Source of the DNA: Eledone cirrhosa
Lineage: Eukaryota
Length of the DNA: 64,000 bases
Direction: 5' to 3'
Assembly (NCBI GenBank): GCA_964016885.1
Contig: OZ024746.1
Location: 57,970,001-58,034,000 of the forward strand
This document shows positions 12,600 to 27,944 of this stretch, piece by piece; positions within the stretch are counted from its first letter, which is position 1, and each line of letters starts with the position of its first letter. Below the pieces are notes generated by a model, which was not told the DNA's origin, ran no database searches, and worked only from the letters and a program-made list of their open reading frames with translations. The translations under genes were made by a program, and so were the position numbers.

Positions 12600-13700
12600 T
12601 TTTTCTCATTTTGTGGAAAGAAGGTTTCGAAGAATATGTGTTGTACCCAATAGCACTGATTTCTGAAGAGTACTAGCTGAATTTTTCGAACGGCTGTGGA
12701 TATCTCGTGGGATTCATCTCAAAGCATTAATGATCATGGGGATGATGCTTATCATTTTATTCCACATCCTTGCTTTTATCTACGATTTACGCAGAGTGAT
12801 AAGCTAACTTTGCTTTATTCTTTTCCCCAAGACTGGTATCCACTTGACAGGCTACATCAATTATGAAAACCTTATTTGCCGTTTTCTCAATCACTACTAT
12901 GTCAGGTCATCTGTGTTCGAACATTCTATGCGTTTGAATCTTTATTTCTCACAATATCATAACATTTCGATTCCTACAACAGATTCTAGTTATTGCTGAT
13001 AACATGTTTCAATATTATTGCTAGAGTTGAGGGCGGTGGATTGGAGGTATCGGTAGAGAGTCGGACGCCATGCTTTGCAGCAAAGAGTTACGGACCTTTA
13101 TGATCTGAGGTTAACTTTGCCTTTCATCCTCACGGGGTCGATAAAACAAAGTACCAGTCACGCACTGGGGTCGATTTAATCGACTTTCCCCTCACCCAAA
13201 AGAACTGGCCTTGTGCCTATATAAGAAACCAATATTATTGCTAGAGTTCTCGAACAATATCCAATTCAGATTAGCACAAACCTTGTCATACCAACTCATA
13301 TCTGTATTATATTTCTGCTAATATTGTGCAGCGGCTAACAATATGCAACATATTCTCCACATGAATCCCAAATAATCTACATTTGTTTGACACAGCCATT
13401 ATATAAGTTTCTCTATTTACTGCATTGGTATTTAACATTTGCTCCTAAGCTTTCTATCCCCCTGTTTCCTTTTCTTAAGCAGTTCCATGATTCACACGAT
13501 TTTTTTGTTCCCTGTGTCTCTTTCACATTGGCTATGCACCGTATTTCTTCTGAACATTTCTTGCTTTATTTTCCTCCCTATTTCGTGGTATTCCTTGTTT
13601 TCAGAACTATCCTTTGACAACAATAATTCTCGCGTAAAGGCTTGAAATAATATCTCATCATTATTTGCCAAGAATTAGTGTAAGATTCTTATGTTTCTAT
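12600..13700 (-). pseudogene. R4/Dong-like non-LTR element C-terminus (CCHC knuckle + REL endonuclease), decayed
   Basis: Minus-strand translations CRLFGIHVENMLHIVSRC, HR*PDIVVIEKTANKVFIIDVAC and QKSVLLGTTHILR; interrupted by a SINE. Confidence 0.7.
13029..13229 (+). mobile_element. tRNA-derived SINE with 19-bp target-site duplication (TSD)
   Basis: Flanked by CAATATTATTGCTAGAGTT at 13010-13028 and 13230-13248. Confidence 0.9.
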
Positions 13701-14861
13701 CTGTCTGTTGGCCATAGCGACAGAGACCATGTGGTGGACACGTTTGAGAGGGTTGAAGACAGCCATTTTCTTCTTCGGTGAAGCCCTGATTAGCCTTTTC
13801 AGGTTTCACTTGAAGAGAAAAATCAGGGTGGAGAGGGACGTGCTGCCGTCCAACTAGTTTGTTGAAAGGTGGGTGTGAGTGACGAACATAGCCCTTGTGA
13901 ATGGACCTGCCTTGAGCATACGCCTGGAGAATGGATTAGAAAAACGGGGAGAGAGGCTTTTGCCCCCCTAACGGACAGGGTGATGATGGCTTTTGTGGTC
14001 CTTAGACGCTCCACAACTCTGCAGAATGTTATGTTTGTTTTAAATGAGTATTTTCTTAGTCTGTTATGAATTTTATTTCACACAGAAAAATCCACCCTGT
14101 ATCGCCCAGTACCGTCTTTAATTGATGTGAGACTGTGCGACTGATAAAAAAATTCTTATTATTATTAATATTAGTGTTATTATTATTATTATCTTTATTT
14201 CCTTCGCTCCTTTTGAAACTAAATTATATTAAAAGTGAAGGAATTTCCGAGTTATTTAATTAATATCGTTAATGTTAGATCAATAGTTTGCCGTGGCAAT
14301 GATTATGTTTCTATATCGTATCCAGGCTAGGAAGGAAGAACAACTAAATTTTGTCACTTCTCTTATTAGGATTTACACACGTCAAACCCATTTCCTTGAT
14401 CGTTAAAATTGCTTTATCAAATTACAGCAACCATGTTTACATACATCAGGTCAGTGATTCCTTCATTAGAGGCGGAACATCGTTTCTGACAACGACCGGA
14501 TGTACTATTATCATTGAATGCTCATCGGACACATTCAGAAGCCATTACATTTCTGATATAAGAAAGAAGTAATTCTCTCTGTATTCAATATTTGAAATAA
14601 ATGATTTGCTAAGAAATCAAAATGCGTATTTATAACATTCATTCAAGGGTTGCAAAATGTCTGATTTTGATGTGTAGCTAACAGGAAATTCTTCACTTGT
14701 CATGACTTTTGATGTTCATATTTTCTGCACCACTAGTCTGAATTAATATAATTGCGAACATCAAATCCCAAGAGCACAGATTTCCTGAAAATGGATTAGA
14801 TATATATTTCCTGTGATGTTTCTAAAAATAATTGTCCTTTTCATGAACATTCAACTATATA

Positions 14862-14928
<67 letters not shown>

Positions 14929-15399
14929 TTATGTATGTGTATATCTTTACAAATCCTAAGAGAATGAAGAATTGTTGACATCATAGTATTTATGCCATGT
15001 CTGAAAGCATCAAACATCAGCTATATTACTCAATCAAGTTAGCATAGTGTGGATGTACATTTAGGTAGTGTTACCTTGGTCATGTAACGAAGTGACCTGG
15101 AAATGTCATGAAGCTTTCTATTTCAAGAATGAAGAAATGCAATTAACAGCAATTTCACCAAATTTCATGCAAAGGTCTTCACAGAATTTCAGTTTTTCAT
15201 TTGATACGTATGCGGAGTGAAATAAAAGAGCGTTGTTAGATATTTAGTGAAGTTGATTTCTTCAGTTATATAGGAAATTACATTACTTAGCTGGTAACAT
15301 TCCATTAGTGAAAGCATAAAAACAATTACTGTTGAATGGAATACACGCGGCTTCTAATTCAGACCATATAAACTAGTGAGTTTGTAATGGGTTCTGCAA

Positions 15400-15592
15400 G
15401 ACACAGTCCTACATGGCCGTACCTTCACATTAGAGGTCTTCCATATCTAACGAGTTTAATAGAGTTTCCATCAATGGTCCACTCAGGGCTATGGTAGAAT
15501 TGTACTCCCCTAACATACAAGGACAAGGTACCAAATGCAGGACATTTTGGTTGTGATAATATGTTCTTAAGCACTCGACCATACCTGCACCA
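15400..15592 (-). mobile_element. Old SINE of a second family
   Basis: Degenerate tRNA-like head; weakly similar segments at about 21600-21740, 25060-25205 and 51580-51730. Confidence 0.35.
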
Positions 15593-17349
15593 ATATTAGA
15601 CAAACTGAGAGCCAGGCTTATATTCACGATTAATAGTAATAGATAAATAGATAGAGATCTACATGTGTATGTATGTATGTATGTATGTATGTATGAGAAC
15701 GGAAAAATAATTAATAGAATGGCAAAGAACCAGATATAAAAAGTAAAGTATGACAGAACTATTACTGCCGAGATTGATTGCATTGTCTTCTGTACTCTTC
15801 ATGTTTTATTTTTAATATACATCTTTATAAATATGTATTTTCTATAAAACTTATTTAGATCATCTCTTCTGTCTCCTCCAATGCTACTACACGAAGTATC
15901 TGAGTATCTGAACATACAAAATCAATTCACCGCCACCACCGTTGATAGAAAAATATCAAATAACAGGTATATGGATTAGCCAAATTCTGCATCCAATTCT
16001 AATGACATTCTTATTCACTGTTCCCTATTTAACTCATTAGATGTTTGCCAACTTTTAGCACTTTAGATTAACCAACAGACAAGCAGAATATTTGTAATCG
16101 AATACGTAGATGAATTTAAATTATTTGTATTTGATTAGTTTATAGTAAATGTTATTCAATTAAATGAGCTGGGAGCACAGACCCTTCGCATGCAGTATGT
16201 GAGTATTGGGAAGAATATATTTTCAAATGGATAACATACCTGAGATATTTCGAGGAGAGATCGGTCTGGCAAAGGCTTACACCAGAAATGTTTTATTATT
16301 AACATAGACGATAATGTACGTCTGCCATTCTAGAGTAATGGTTTCTCATTTAGACAAAATTACAGGAATTTATATGGAGGTGAAACTCGATTATATTGAC
16401 TCCGGGTCTGAAAGGTAATATTGATCTCGGTTAGATTTCAACATAGAACGTAAGAATCCGGAACCAATGCAGCAAAGCATTTTATACGAGGTTCTAACGA
16501 ACCTGACAATCTGGAAGGTTCCCTTGTAGTTCTACAAGAGACATTTCTAGAAGTTGCTGGAGCGCAACGAAAAATGCATTGGATTTGGAGGATTCTAATT
16601 TGAAGAAGACTTGAGTTTAGTGTTTATTTGATTTTAAAAAGTGTCTCTCTGATGAAAATCTCAAAACCTTTGGATTGTACCTGGTGTATATGTATGTAGT
16701 ATGTATGCATAAACAAATGTGCACGTGTTTTTTTTGTTTTTTTCGCATGTGTTTGAAAGTGTCTTATGCTCTATAACTTAGCAGCTTAACAAAACTGTAG
16801 ATCGATAAATTATGAACAACGCTTGAAAAATAAATAAGTAGCGATTTCTATATGATCAAATACAACTACCGTCTACCTAGCATGGTCGCAGTTAAATAAT
16901 TGAAACTGGTAAAAGAAATCTAAGCCTGTTATTCAATGCAAATATATATATCTATAGAAATACATTATTTCCACTATCCCCGTTTCAATATACGCAAATA
17001 TATTGAAGGAGCAATTTTGCCCGGAGTGAAACTCATTTGATGCACATATCGGAAGCTTCATGAAGAATTTGAGCATTATAATTATCATACCTGACAGTTT
17101 TTAAAAGATAGTTCATAGCTCTTTATTAGTGTGTTGCTGGTGGTTTCACCCGGGGGATATGGCAAACGTGAATAGATTTAAGAGGAAAATATGACATCTA
17201 TAACCGATGAGAATTATATCAAGTATGGTTCCTGATTATTAGTTATTGGAATCAAGCAGTATATAGATATATACACATTCAGACACACACACTCACATAT
17301 CTATCTATCTCTATATATGTGTGTTTCTATTTGTAATCGGTTATAGATG

Positions 17350-17386
<37 letters not shown>

Positions 17387-17822
17387 GAAGTCAAACAGAA
17401 GTAACAAAGCAAACGAGACGCAACAATGAAGAAATGTATTATTAGTTTTACGTTGTAGCAAGAAAAGTTTCTTAACGTTTCGGATTCTAGTCTTTCTTCA
17501 GAAAATAGAATGACAAATAAAAGAAGAAATACAAAAAGTTAGGCGTCAGGCAGTGGTGGAAACGGAAATATAAGAGGTCAATAACTGATGCCATTTCTAA
17601 GAAAACAGTTGATGATGGCGTTTCGTGTATGATATAGTTGTCTGAAAAGATGGTGATCGAGCGCGTCTAACTGAAAAGGAGAAAACTATTTTGTATATAG
17701 ATCTGTATGTTTGCACGGGCATATACGTGTCTGTGTGTGTGTGTCGGTAGAAAAAGGTGAGCAAACGTGTGTGTCGGTAGAAAAAGGTGAGCAAACGTGT
17801 GTGTATATAAGGGAATACATAC

Positions 17823-17854
<32 letters not shown>

Positions 17855-17877
17855 ATATATACATACATACACACACC

Positions 17878-17926
<49 letters not shown>

Positions 17927-18069
17927 GTATATATATATATGTGTGTGTGAGTGTGTGTTTGTGTGCAATCATGTGTGCACATTTGTATGTTTGTGTCTGT
18001 ATGAGTGTGTTTGGATATGGAGGTTATGAAAAGGTTCATACGACGGATACAGTAACAGAGCAATGTATA

Positions 18070-18288
18070 TAATGGTTTCTTATATAGGCACAAGGCCAGC
18101 AATTTAGGGCGCGGGGGAAGTCAATTAAATCGACCCCAGTGTGTGAGTGGTACTTTATTTTATCGACCTCGTGAGGATGAAAGGCAAAGTTAACCTCGGC
18201 GATATATGAACTCAGATCATAAAGGGCCTTAACTCTATGCTGCAAACATGGCGTCCGACCATCTACCGGTACTGCCAATCGACCGCCC
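18070..18288 (-). mobile_element. Full-length tRNA-derived SINE with TSD
   Basis: Complete SINE; GAGCAATGTA(T/A)ATAATG on both flanks (18058 and 18291). Confidence 0.9.
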
Positions 18289-19402
18289 TGGAGCAATGTA
18301 AATAATGAAAAATATTATTCCAAATATTGATATTAAATATTTTCAGTCGTCTGGAAATGTTTTTGTCTCCCCCGATAAAATTAAGACAAATATAATCAAC
18401 TTATCCTAAACACTATATTCAATAACTGCGAGAAAGCCAGAACAGTATCTATAACAATGTCAATGTCAGATCGATCCAGGGCCTGTCGGTCATAACCGAC
18501 AGGCCCGGTATCAGATTGCTAAGCCCATCTAAAACTGAATTAGGAAGAACATGTATTTACGAAGGACAACATTGATAGATTACAGTGAAAACTCTTCTTT
18601 TATTATGTCATTGTTCATAGCTATTCCTTCAAAATATAAGGTTAGTTTCACACATCAAGCCGGAAAAAAGAACCCTGATTAATAACGGCTCCATACGGGT
18701 TAAAATTTGGATCAACCGTATTCATTTGAAGTCTCGCTGTGCCGTATGACGGCACCGATATGTGCGATTTGGTTGGCTTATACTCTTCATACTTTTAATA
18801 CTAAATTTCCCACCAATTCTATTATTCTTTAACCGAGATACGGATCTTTGTGTATCGCACAATTGCGAGAGTCATACTTTGAATACGTTTCCTATTTGGT
18901 TGAAAGAATACCTTCGCAATCAAGGATTGAACACTGGTGTTGATACGAAGCTTTCTATTGTCATTTTCCTTGTCAATTTAGACTTGACTGCAAGTTGAAA
19001 GAAATACTCCATACACCTAATGACAATCTAGAATATGTTTACAGAAATGTTAAGTGTGCTCACTACCGTAGATACTTTTAATAGAGTTCTGATTATTAGT
19101 CATAGAATTTCTAAGTAAGGATATAATTGATAACGCAAAACTGTGCGATAGTAAATTTCCTCATGAAAGCGGCGTCAAAGACACTTTTAAGTAAATACAT
19201 AACTTCCCCGTACACAGCAGATGTAGAATTTTAATAGAAAAAATATGTAGTGTTTAGTCTAGTAACATAAGCTATTCCTGCAGTCATTCCAGGAGGCCGA
19301 TAATAACTGCTTGAAGCAAAGAAAATCCAGGATGTTTTTGTAGGATACAGCAAGACTGTCTCATGTAACAGAACTGTAACAAGAAGTCTATAATATATGT
19401 TG

Positions 19403-19527
<125 letters not shown>

Positions 19528-20050
19528 GCTTAACAAGCTATTATATATATTATGTTGCATTGCACTGCTTACTATACGTTTGGTATTTTTCACCATTAAA
19601 CCTGAAAATGATAAGTAATTCTTTGTTTAAATTAAATATTTATAGCTGCCGTTCTTTAAAATAATAATATTACATCTATGACATAAACCATATATCTAGC
19701 CAACAAATTACAACATCAATGTGATAGCTTTAATATTTCATTTTCCTGAAAAATATAAAGAAGAGAAATCGCTAATGCTCAGTATCATTTATATTCAATT
19801 ATAGTGTGATGACCTCCATTAACATCTTTGATTAATATGATAGACAATACTCTCATTTTAGTAGGGAGGAAAACCGATATATCTTAAAAGAGATACCTCT
19901 TCAGTTCTTTGCTACTCCTACTCTCAAATATAAAACGCCTCCCCCTCGAGAATTACTACAGAAAGCAGTTCAGTCAGATCAATAGCTTGTGTTTGCATAA
20001 CTAGACAAGAGCGATTATATACAAATAAGCCTATACGTACGCACACATAG

Positions 20051-20094
<44 letters not shown>

Positions 20095-20100
20095 ATTCAC

Positions 20101-20231
<131 letters not shown>

Positions 20232-20286
20232 CATATATATATATAATAAAGAAGAAATTAAAAGATGGTTAAAAGAGTTCCATATA

Positions 20287-20352
20287 TTTTATTATGCGCA
20301 TTTCGAATACAAAATCATCCTGGGACAAAAATTGTATGCTCATCAGATAAAA
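20287..20352 (-). ncRNA. Minimal type-I hammerhead ribozyme (PLE pLTR family B)
   Basis: TTTTAT-CTGATGA-GCATACAA...TTGTATTC-GAAA-TGCGCA-TA-ATAAAA on the minus strand. Confidence 0.85.
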
Positions 20353-20440
20353 TAAGGTAATATGATATGTGGCATAAAAGCACTTGTTTACAGGAAAGTG
20401 CTAAGTCTACATATGACAGAAATATATATATATATATATA

Positions 20441-20857
20441 TTGTTATGTTTTGGGAGGGTCATGTTGCCAATAAGAAACACACGCACCAGTTGTTTCACT
20501 CCAATTTATTATAAGTTAAATTTATAAATTTATAAATTTTCGATTGGCGTAGGACAGAACAAAGGAGATGCACAAAAACAAAGAAAAGAATCCCCAGTCA
20601 CTGAAGAGGTCACAGTATGTGTGACGAAAGACCTTTGACAATATATGAACAACGGTCCAGTTGTGGAACCAACCAACCAACCGGAAATTTATAAATTCAT
20701 ACATTCTTAAATTTATAAATTTAACTTATAATAAATTGGAGTGAAATCTTCTGGTGCGTGTGTTTCTTATTGGCAACATGACCCTCCCAAAGCATAACAA
20801 TATCGGTTTCAACACACGTTTTCAAATAAAGAATCTTGCTAAACAGATTCAGAAACG

Positions 20858-20860
<3 letters not shown>
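20441..20860 (+). mobile_element. PLE pLTR remnant (family C) with inverted 5' arm
   Basis: 20441-20540 is an inverted copy of about 20705-20800; homologous to 25346-25795; flanked by (TA)n. Confidence 0.75.
20597..20639 (+). ncRNA. Minimal type-I hammerhead ribozyme (family C)
   Basis: GTCA-CTGAAGA-G-GTCACA(gtatg)TGTGAC-GAAA-GACC-TT-TGAC. Confidence 0.8.
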
Positions 20861-20935
<75 letters not shown>

Positions 20936-21211
20936 GAAAATGAGTGATGTGCTTTCAACTGAAGAGTTAATACTTACACACGTATGTATGTTAGACTATA
21001 AGGAGGAGTAGTTTCTTCAATGGCTGTGGATCGTCCGTGATTACATCCTGTTTAAATGAAAGACAAATGGCAGACTCTGACAGCTATTCCTATGGCAATA
21101 GTATTAGTTTCAATTAGTTCATACGCTTTGTATATTTCACTACAATCCCCCCTCCCCCCTCTCTCTCTCTCTCTCTGTCTCTCTCTGAATATATATATAT
21201 ATATATGTAAT

Positions 21212-21262
<51 letters not shown>

Positions 21263-21814
21263 TGTATGTGCATGTGTAGGTGCGTGTGTGTGTGTATCCT
21301 TTCTCTCATCTTATCTTTGCAATCTTCCCAATAAACATAACCATCACACGAACGGCGAACATATTACAACAGCTTAGACAAGCTCTCCTGATAATATCGA
21401 ATTATCAAAAGTACCATATATACATGCAGCCAGTTTTTTGGCTAATTGTTTTATATTAAATATTTTTTGGGTTTTCTTAATTATCTTACTGGTTTCAGTC
21501 ATTAAGCTGCGGACAAGCTTTTTTTCTTTTGTCCTTTTTATTTATATAATCTGTTCACATCAGATGTTTTTTTTATTTTTTAATTCTCACATATATTGAT
21601 AGCATAGCTGTGTTTTTAAGAACGTAGGACTGCAGCCATATGACTTTGAGTTCAGACACAATATGTGTGACTGAAACCTTAGGCAAATGTCTACTACCAT
21701 ATACCGACTACATATGAGTACAATTTCGTACACACAAACAGGTGCACGCATAGTCACACACAGATATATATACATACACACACAAACTCACATACCCCCC
21801 CCCCCCAACACCAC

Positions 21815-21851
<37 letters not shown>

Positions 21852-22016
21852 AGCCATGACAATGCAGGTTTGGACGGGGAAGTTTTTAAAACATAAGAAA
21901 CAGCGTTTGTTTTTTTTATTTAAATTTATTCATATATCCTGATATTTGGAGATTAATATCTCTTCTTCCGAGGAAAATAAAGGAACTATTCCAGCGTCCG
22001 ATGTGGCTTGCTATAC

Positions 22017-22065
<49 letters not shown>

Positions 22066-22088
22066 AGTATATATATATATATATATAT

Positions 22089-22279
22089 TAACGAAGGAAA
22101 TGTGGTAAGGAACCAGGTGGACCATAACGCACCAAAGTACTCAATACTTGAGGTAGTAGAGTGGGTAATAGGAACCAGTAAGACCCCGACAGCTGGGCTC
22201 AAGCCGTTTCGACGGCTAATTCTCCGTCGAAATTAGCCGTCGAAACGGCTTGAGCTCAGCTGTCGGGGTCTTACTGGTT

Positions 22280-22285
<6 letters not shown>
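22089..22285 (-). mobile_element. Solo 3'-end remnant of the tandem PLE pLTR (family A) with inversion
   Basis: Near-identical to 33853-33985, then folds back; sits in (TA)n. Confidence 0.85.
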
Positions 22286-22320
<35 letters not shown>

Positions 22321-22478
22321 TTACGGTAAACATTGATGCAATTCAATTCACACACTCCACGTACTTTTTCCACTTATGAAAGACGGACCATATTTAGAAT
22401 AAGAATATGTTAAAATCCTTTATTGATAAGTCTGCGACACATGTGTTATTATATATATACATATATAGAGAGAGAGAG

Positions 22479-22775
<297 letters not shown>

Positions 22776-22938
22776 TGTCTGCGTGCGTGTGTATATATAT
22801 ATATATATATATATAGGTTGAAATAAAATGAAAACGAAATTTCATTTCTCACTCTTAGTACGGCACTTACTTAAATGTAAGTATGTATGTATACGTACAT
22901 ACATATATGTATACAGACGTACAGTGGCATGCACACAC

Positions 22939-22981
<43 letters not shown>

Positions 22982-23083
22982 CAGGTACACATACATATAT
23001 GCACGTATTAGTTTAGCGGACGCTTATTTTACCGCCGCTTTGTTCGTTTGTAAACTGATACGTGCATATATGTATGTGTACCC

Positions 23084-23186
<103 letters not shown>

Positions 23187-24910
23187 TCTATGTGTGTTTG
23201 TATATATTTATTTATTAAGGCCAGTTACGAAGGACGTAGATTTCGTTGGCCTTGAAGATCAACTCTTTCAACTTATACCAATGAAAAGAGATTTCCTGTG
23301 CAATGACACGTACGTTTCTGGTGTGATTCAGTTGTAATAACTGGCCTTATTAATTATATTTAAATCACGCTCTACGGGGTTTGATACCTTTGATATTTCT
23401 ACTAACTTATTACCACTTTTAATATATATATATATGCTCTTTTCTGGTGACCCTGTGATAAACAGGCGAATCTCCAGAATGACAAGAATCACTATTTAGC
23501 CTTAATAAATGGAATATCTCTCTCTATATATATCTATATACATGTATTAATACGTAACGTGTTATGTGATTATGAAGCAGGTGTATTGGCTCTGTCTTGG
23601 ATATATAACTACCTTACTACTTGTTGAATATAACGCCACACACATACGCCAATATATATATATATACATATATATATGTGTATGTGTGTGTGCATGTGTG
23701 CGTGGGCATGTGTGTGTGTGTGTTTGTGTGTGTGTGTTTGTGTGTGCCTGCTTGTGCATGTGTGTGCATGTAGATGTGTAAATAATGTGGTTTGTCCCTC
23801 ATTCTAAACTGTTTGCCACATCTACCGTGCTTTATGCCATGAGAATAAAAATATATATATACTAACATCATTTCGCAATGAATGGCAACCTGAAGTTCTT
23901 TTTTGCTAACAGATATCTCGTCAAGACGAAGATAGAACAAAAGTGAAAGACCAAAAATAAACAAATCACACAAAACCACAACGAAAAAAGACAGAATACA
24001 TCAAAAAGAAAACTGATGTACATCTCTGACTTGAACTAATCTAACAGATTTCCATGTTGTAAAGAGGAGAAGAAGACAAAGAATTGGCGCCAAAATGATT
24101 GCGTGCATATGGAGCGAAGTCTAAAGCAAGACACTACTCAAGCACCATGTAACAAAAAGTATAATTTTGAAATCCAATTAATTTCATTTAAAGTTAAAAC
24201 TTTACAGAACGCCGTTTCTGGTCTGGGAAGAAAAAAATATAGGCGAATGTATCAATATTAATAAGATACATTGAGAAAGAGAAATTGTCAGTAGGGAATA
24301 GAGGGTGGTTGAGAGCAAAATAATAGTGTTTGATAGCAGAGCTGGATGGCATAAAGTTTAGAGAGATGCAAGTAGAGATATAGGTGGTATGAGACATATA
24401 GGGATGTTGAGAGTAGCATGGGTGATTATAGAGGGTGGCGGATGGGGTATTCATAGCAGAGCAAAATAGTATAGAGCATGGAGAGAGGAGAGTAGCAGAT
24501 GAAGAAAATTGAGACAGAATGGTCAGGTGGTATATATATATATATATATTCTCGATTTATGAATAGAACTAATCATTTCAGCTAAGTTAGAGCATGTTTT
24601 TACAATCTCAGTTCTGCCAATTAACTCTGATTTAGGACAATCATTATAAACATCAACACAACTAATATCACATCAATCCAAGCTACCTATAGAAAACCTT
24701 GCAGCCAACACAACAATAAAACTCAGTCGACATAGAGACCATATTCTTAAGATACAACAACAACGTTAAGGTTGAATAGAATAATGTTGTGGATAAAACT
24801 TCTAACCCGGCTACAGATGCTGTCTAGAGGGGGTTAAACTACAAACTAGCGAAATGGTGAGAATAACGAAGATGCCTCTAAATTGTATAATATTGAATAT
24901 GATGATGATA

Positions 24911-24958
<48 letters not shown>

Positions 24959-25250
24959 CTGTTGATGAAGAAAGACAAACAAATTATTATCCCTAATTAT
25001 TAGGGGTAATAATTGTGTTTATTATTTCTTTGATTTTCTATTCCAGGAAGAGGTGCATCTTAGTGATTTGGTATGGTGAGTCCTTATTGTTAAATACAAG
25101 GCATTGGCAATACTAAGTTATATACCAAAGGGGTTCCACGCTGTAGAATTGAACTCGAAACTTCTAGGTTGCAAATAGAACTAGTGAACCACACTGTTAT
25201 TCATACCGGAACATATATATATATGTATATATATATAATATATGTATATA

Positions 25251-25795
<545 letters not shown>

Positions 25796-25853
25796 TATAT
25801 ATATATATTTATATATATATATATGTATATATATATATGTATATATATATATG

Positions 25854-25904
<51 letters not shown>

Positions 25905-25909
25905 GTATA

Positions 25910-26345
25910 TGTAGGAGGTGAGTTTTATTGTAGTACAATAAAGCAATGCAGATATCGGATAAGAAGCACTCTACAGTTTGTGGGACTGGAGTATGCATAA
26001 TATAAGATCAAAAGATGGTTAAAGGAGTTCAATATATTTTATTATGCGCATTTCAAAAACAAACATCATCAAAACAATAATATTTGTGTTTTCATCAGAT
26101 AAAACAGGAGAACATGATATGAAGGCTAAAAAAACACTTGTTGATAGTGCAGTTTTAAATCAACATATCATGATATGTTGATTTAAAACTGCACTATCAA
26201 CAAGTGTTTTTTTAGCCTTCATATCATGTTCTCCTGTTTTATCTGATGAAAACACAAATATTATTGTTTTGATGATGTTTGTTTTTGAAATGCGCATAAT
26301 AAAATATATTGAACTCCTTTAACCATCTTTTGATCTTATATTATA
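25910..26345. mobile_element. Palindromic PLE pLTR remnant (family B) with two divergent HHRs
   Basis: Near-perfect palindrome centred near 26170; HHRs at 26037-26104 (-) and 26237-26304 (+), CTGATGA...GAAATGCGCATA. Confidence 0.85.
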
Positions 26346-26701
26346 TATATGTATATGTATACTTATATATATAAATATAATTTCACCGAGATCGTATTTC
26401 GGCGGTAGCCAAAACAAAACGAAACACAATCTTCGTGATATGCAGACAAGCGGTCAATGGACTAAGAAGAAACCAGGGCAATTAACATGTGTTATAAAGG
26501 CGAGATAAAATGAAAACAGTGGTTGTGAATTTTGCAGCCAACCGTAGCCGAAAAAACGAATCGAGCTAAATATCTTCAATCTGGCGTAACCACAGTAAGT
26601 AAGGTACTCAATACTTAGCAGAGTATAAACATTTAATATATAAATGGCTTACTGATGATTTCTCCCGAATGAACCAGTTCTAGTCCTGTAGAAGCCATTT
26701 C

Positions 26702-26842
<141 letters not shown>

Positions 26843-26963
26843 GATTAAACGTGTTTTCATGTTTCAACTTAAGGTATATAAATATCGAGTTTTGTCATAA
26901 CTAATCACTGCCATGACTAAATTATAACCATCAACATAGTCAAGGTATGTCAAGCATCAACTT

Positions 26964-27028
26964 ATTATTTATCTGATGAGGACGTACTGTTGAAATAGCT
27001 CAGTATCTCTGAAATATATAGAATAAAA
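26964..27028 (+). ncRNA. Minimal type-I hammerhead ribozyme
   Basis: TTATTTAT-CTGATGA-GGACGTACTG...CAGTATCTCT-GAAA-TATA-TA-GAATAAA. Confidence 0.7.
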
Positions 27029-27566
27029 TATATTTGATCACATGAACGTATATATTAATTAATATTTTGAAGTAATATATATATATATATATATATGGAT
27101 GACTGTCGTTCGCTAGTCCTTTCTGCAATCGAGAATATATATATGAAAATAAATGAACACTTCGATCTAAATAAATTTGGTTTAGAAAGTGGTTCAGCAG
27201 ATATATCTAGGCTGCCTGCTAGTGAATGAGAGCGATTAAAATAACATATTGGTCCCCCACCCCCCACCGACAACCCCCATGTTCTCCCCGCCTTTCTCTC
27301 TTTCCCTTTAAATATGATAATAATAATAATAATAATAGCTCCAATAAAAAGGATAATGATAAATGTTTAGATATAGAGCGAATCAAAATAGAGTAGATAA
27401 TGATGTATGAGATATATCGTGATGCAGTGCGAAGAGATGACGTGCACATGATTGATTATGTACGGACGAGAGCAGTGCAAATTGTGTTGTTGAAATTTAT
27501 AAGAGGAAAGTTGAAAGATATAGACAAATATATAAAAATTCAGGTAAACAGAAATAATAATACTCT

Positions 27567-27604
<38 letters not shown>

Positions 27605-27664
27605 CAAATATATATATATATCGAATAAGGAAGAGCGAAGTAGTTTCAGATGTTCAAGTCCTTT

Positions 27665-27858
27665 AATAATAATTGTTTCTACTTTAGGCACAAGGCCAGC
27701 AATTACCCAGTGCATTACTGGTACTTTATTTTATCGACCCCGTAAGGATGAAAGGCAAAGTAAACCTCGGCGGGATTTGAACTCAGATCGTAAAGGGACG
27801 TAACTATGCTGGAAAGCATGGCGTCCGACCCTCTACCGATACTGCCAATCCACCGCCC
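27665..27858 (-). mobile_element. tRNA-derived SINE with 14-bp TSD
   Basis: CCTTTAATAATAAT on both sides; mirrored copy at about 28820-29000 (+). Confidence 0.9.
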
Positions 27859-27870
27859 TTTAATAATAAT

Positions 27871-27944
27871 GCTGTGATATATATTTCAATGGCGACACTG
27901 GCCACACTGTTCTGTGTGCGAGTGTCGTGACATCATCAGACAGC
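27871..27944 (-). ncRNA. Type-I hammerhead ribozyme with long stem II
   Basis: GCTGT-CTGATGA-TG..CGACACT..AGTGTCG.CATT-GAAA-TATATA-TC-ACAGC; the mirror copy at 28741-28814 (+) has GAAA>GGAA. Confidence 0.8.

Noticed and set aside
13720-14020. GC-richer segment resembling a decayed CR1/L2-type LINE 3' end (a similar RTE-like hint at 6690-6850)
   Set aside because: Similarity is too weak to call without a database search.
17733-17803. Short direct repeats (30 bp x2; also 17 bp x4 at 9031) as a CRISPR-like array
   Set aside because: No spacers, eukaryotic context; simple slippage duplications.
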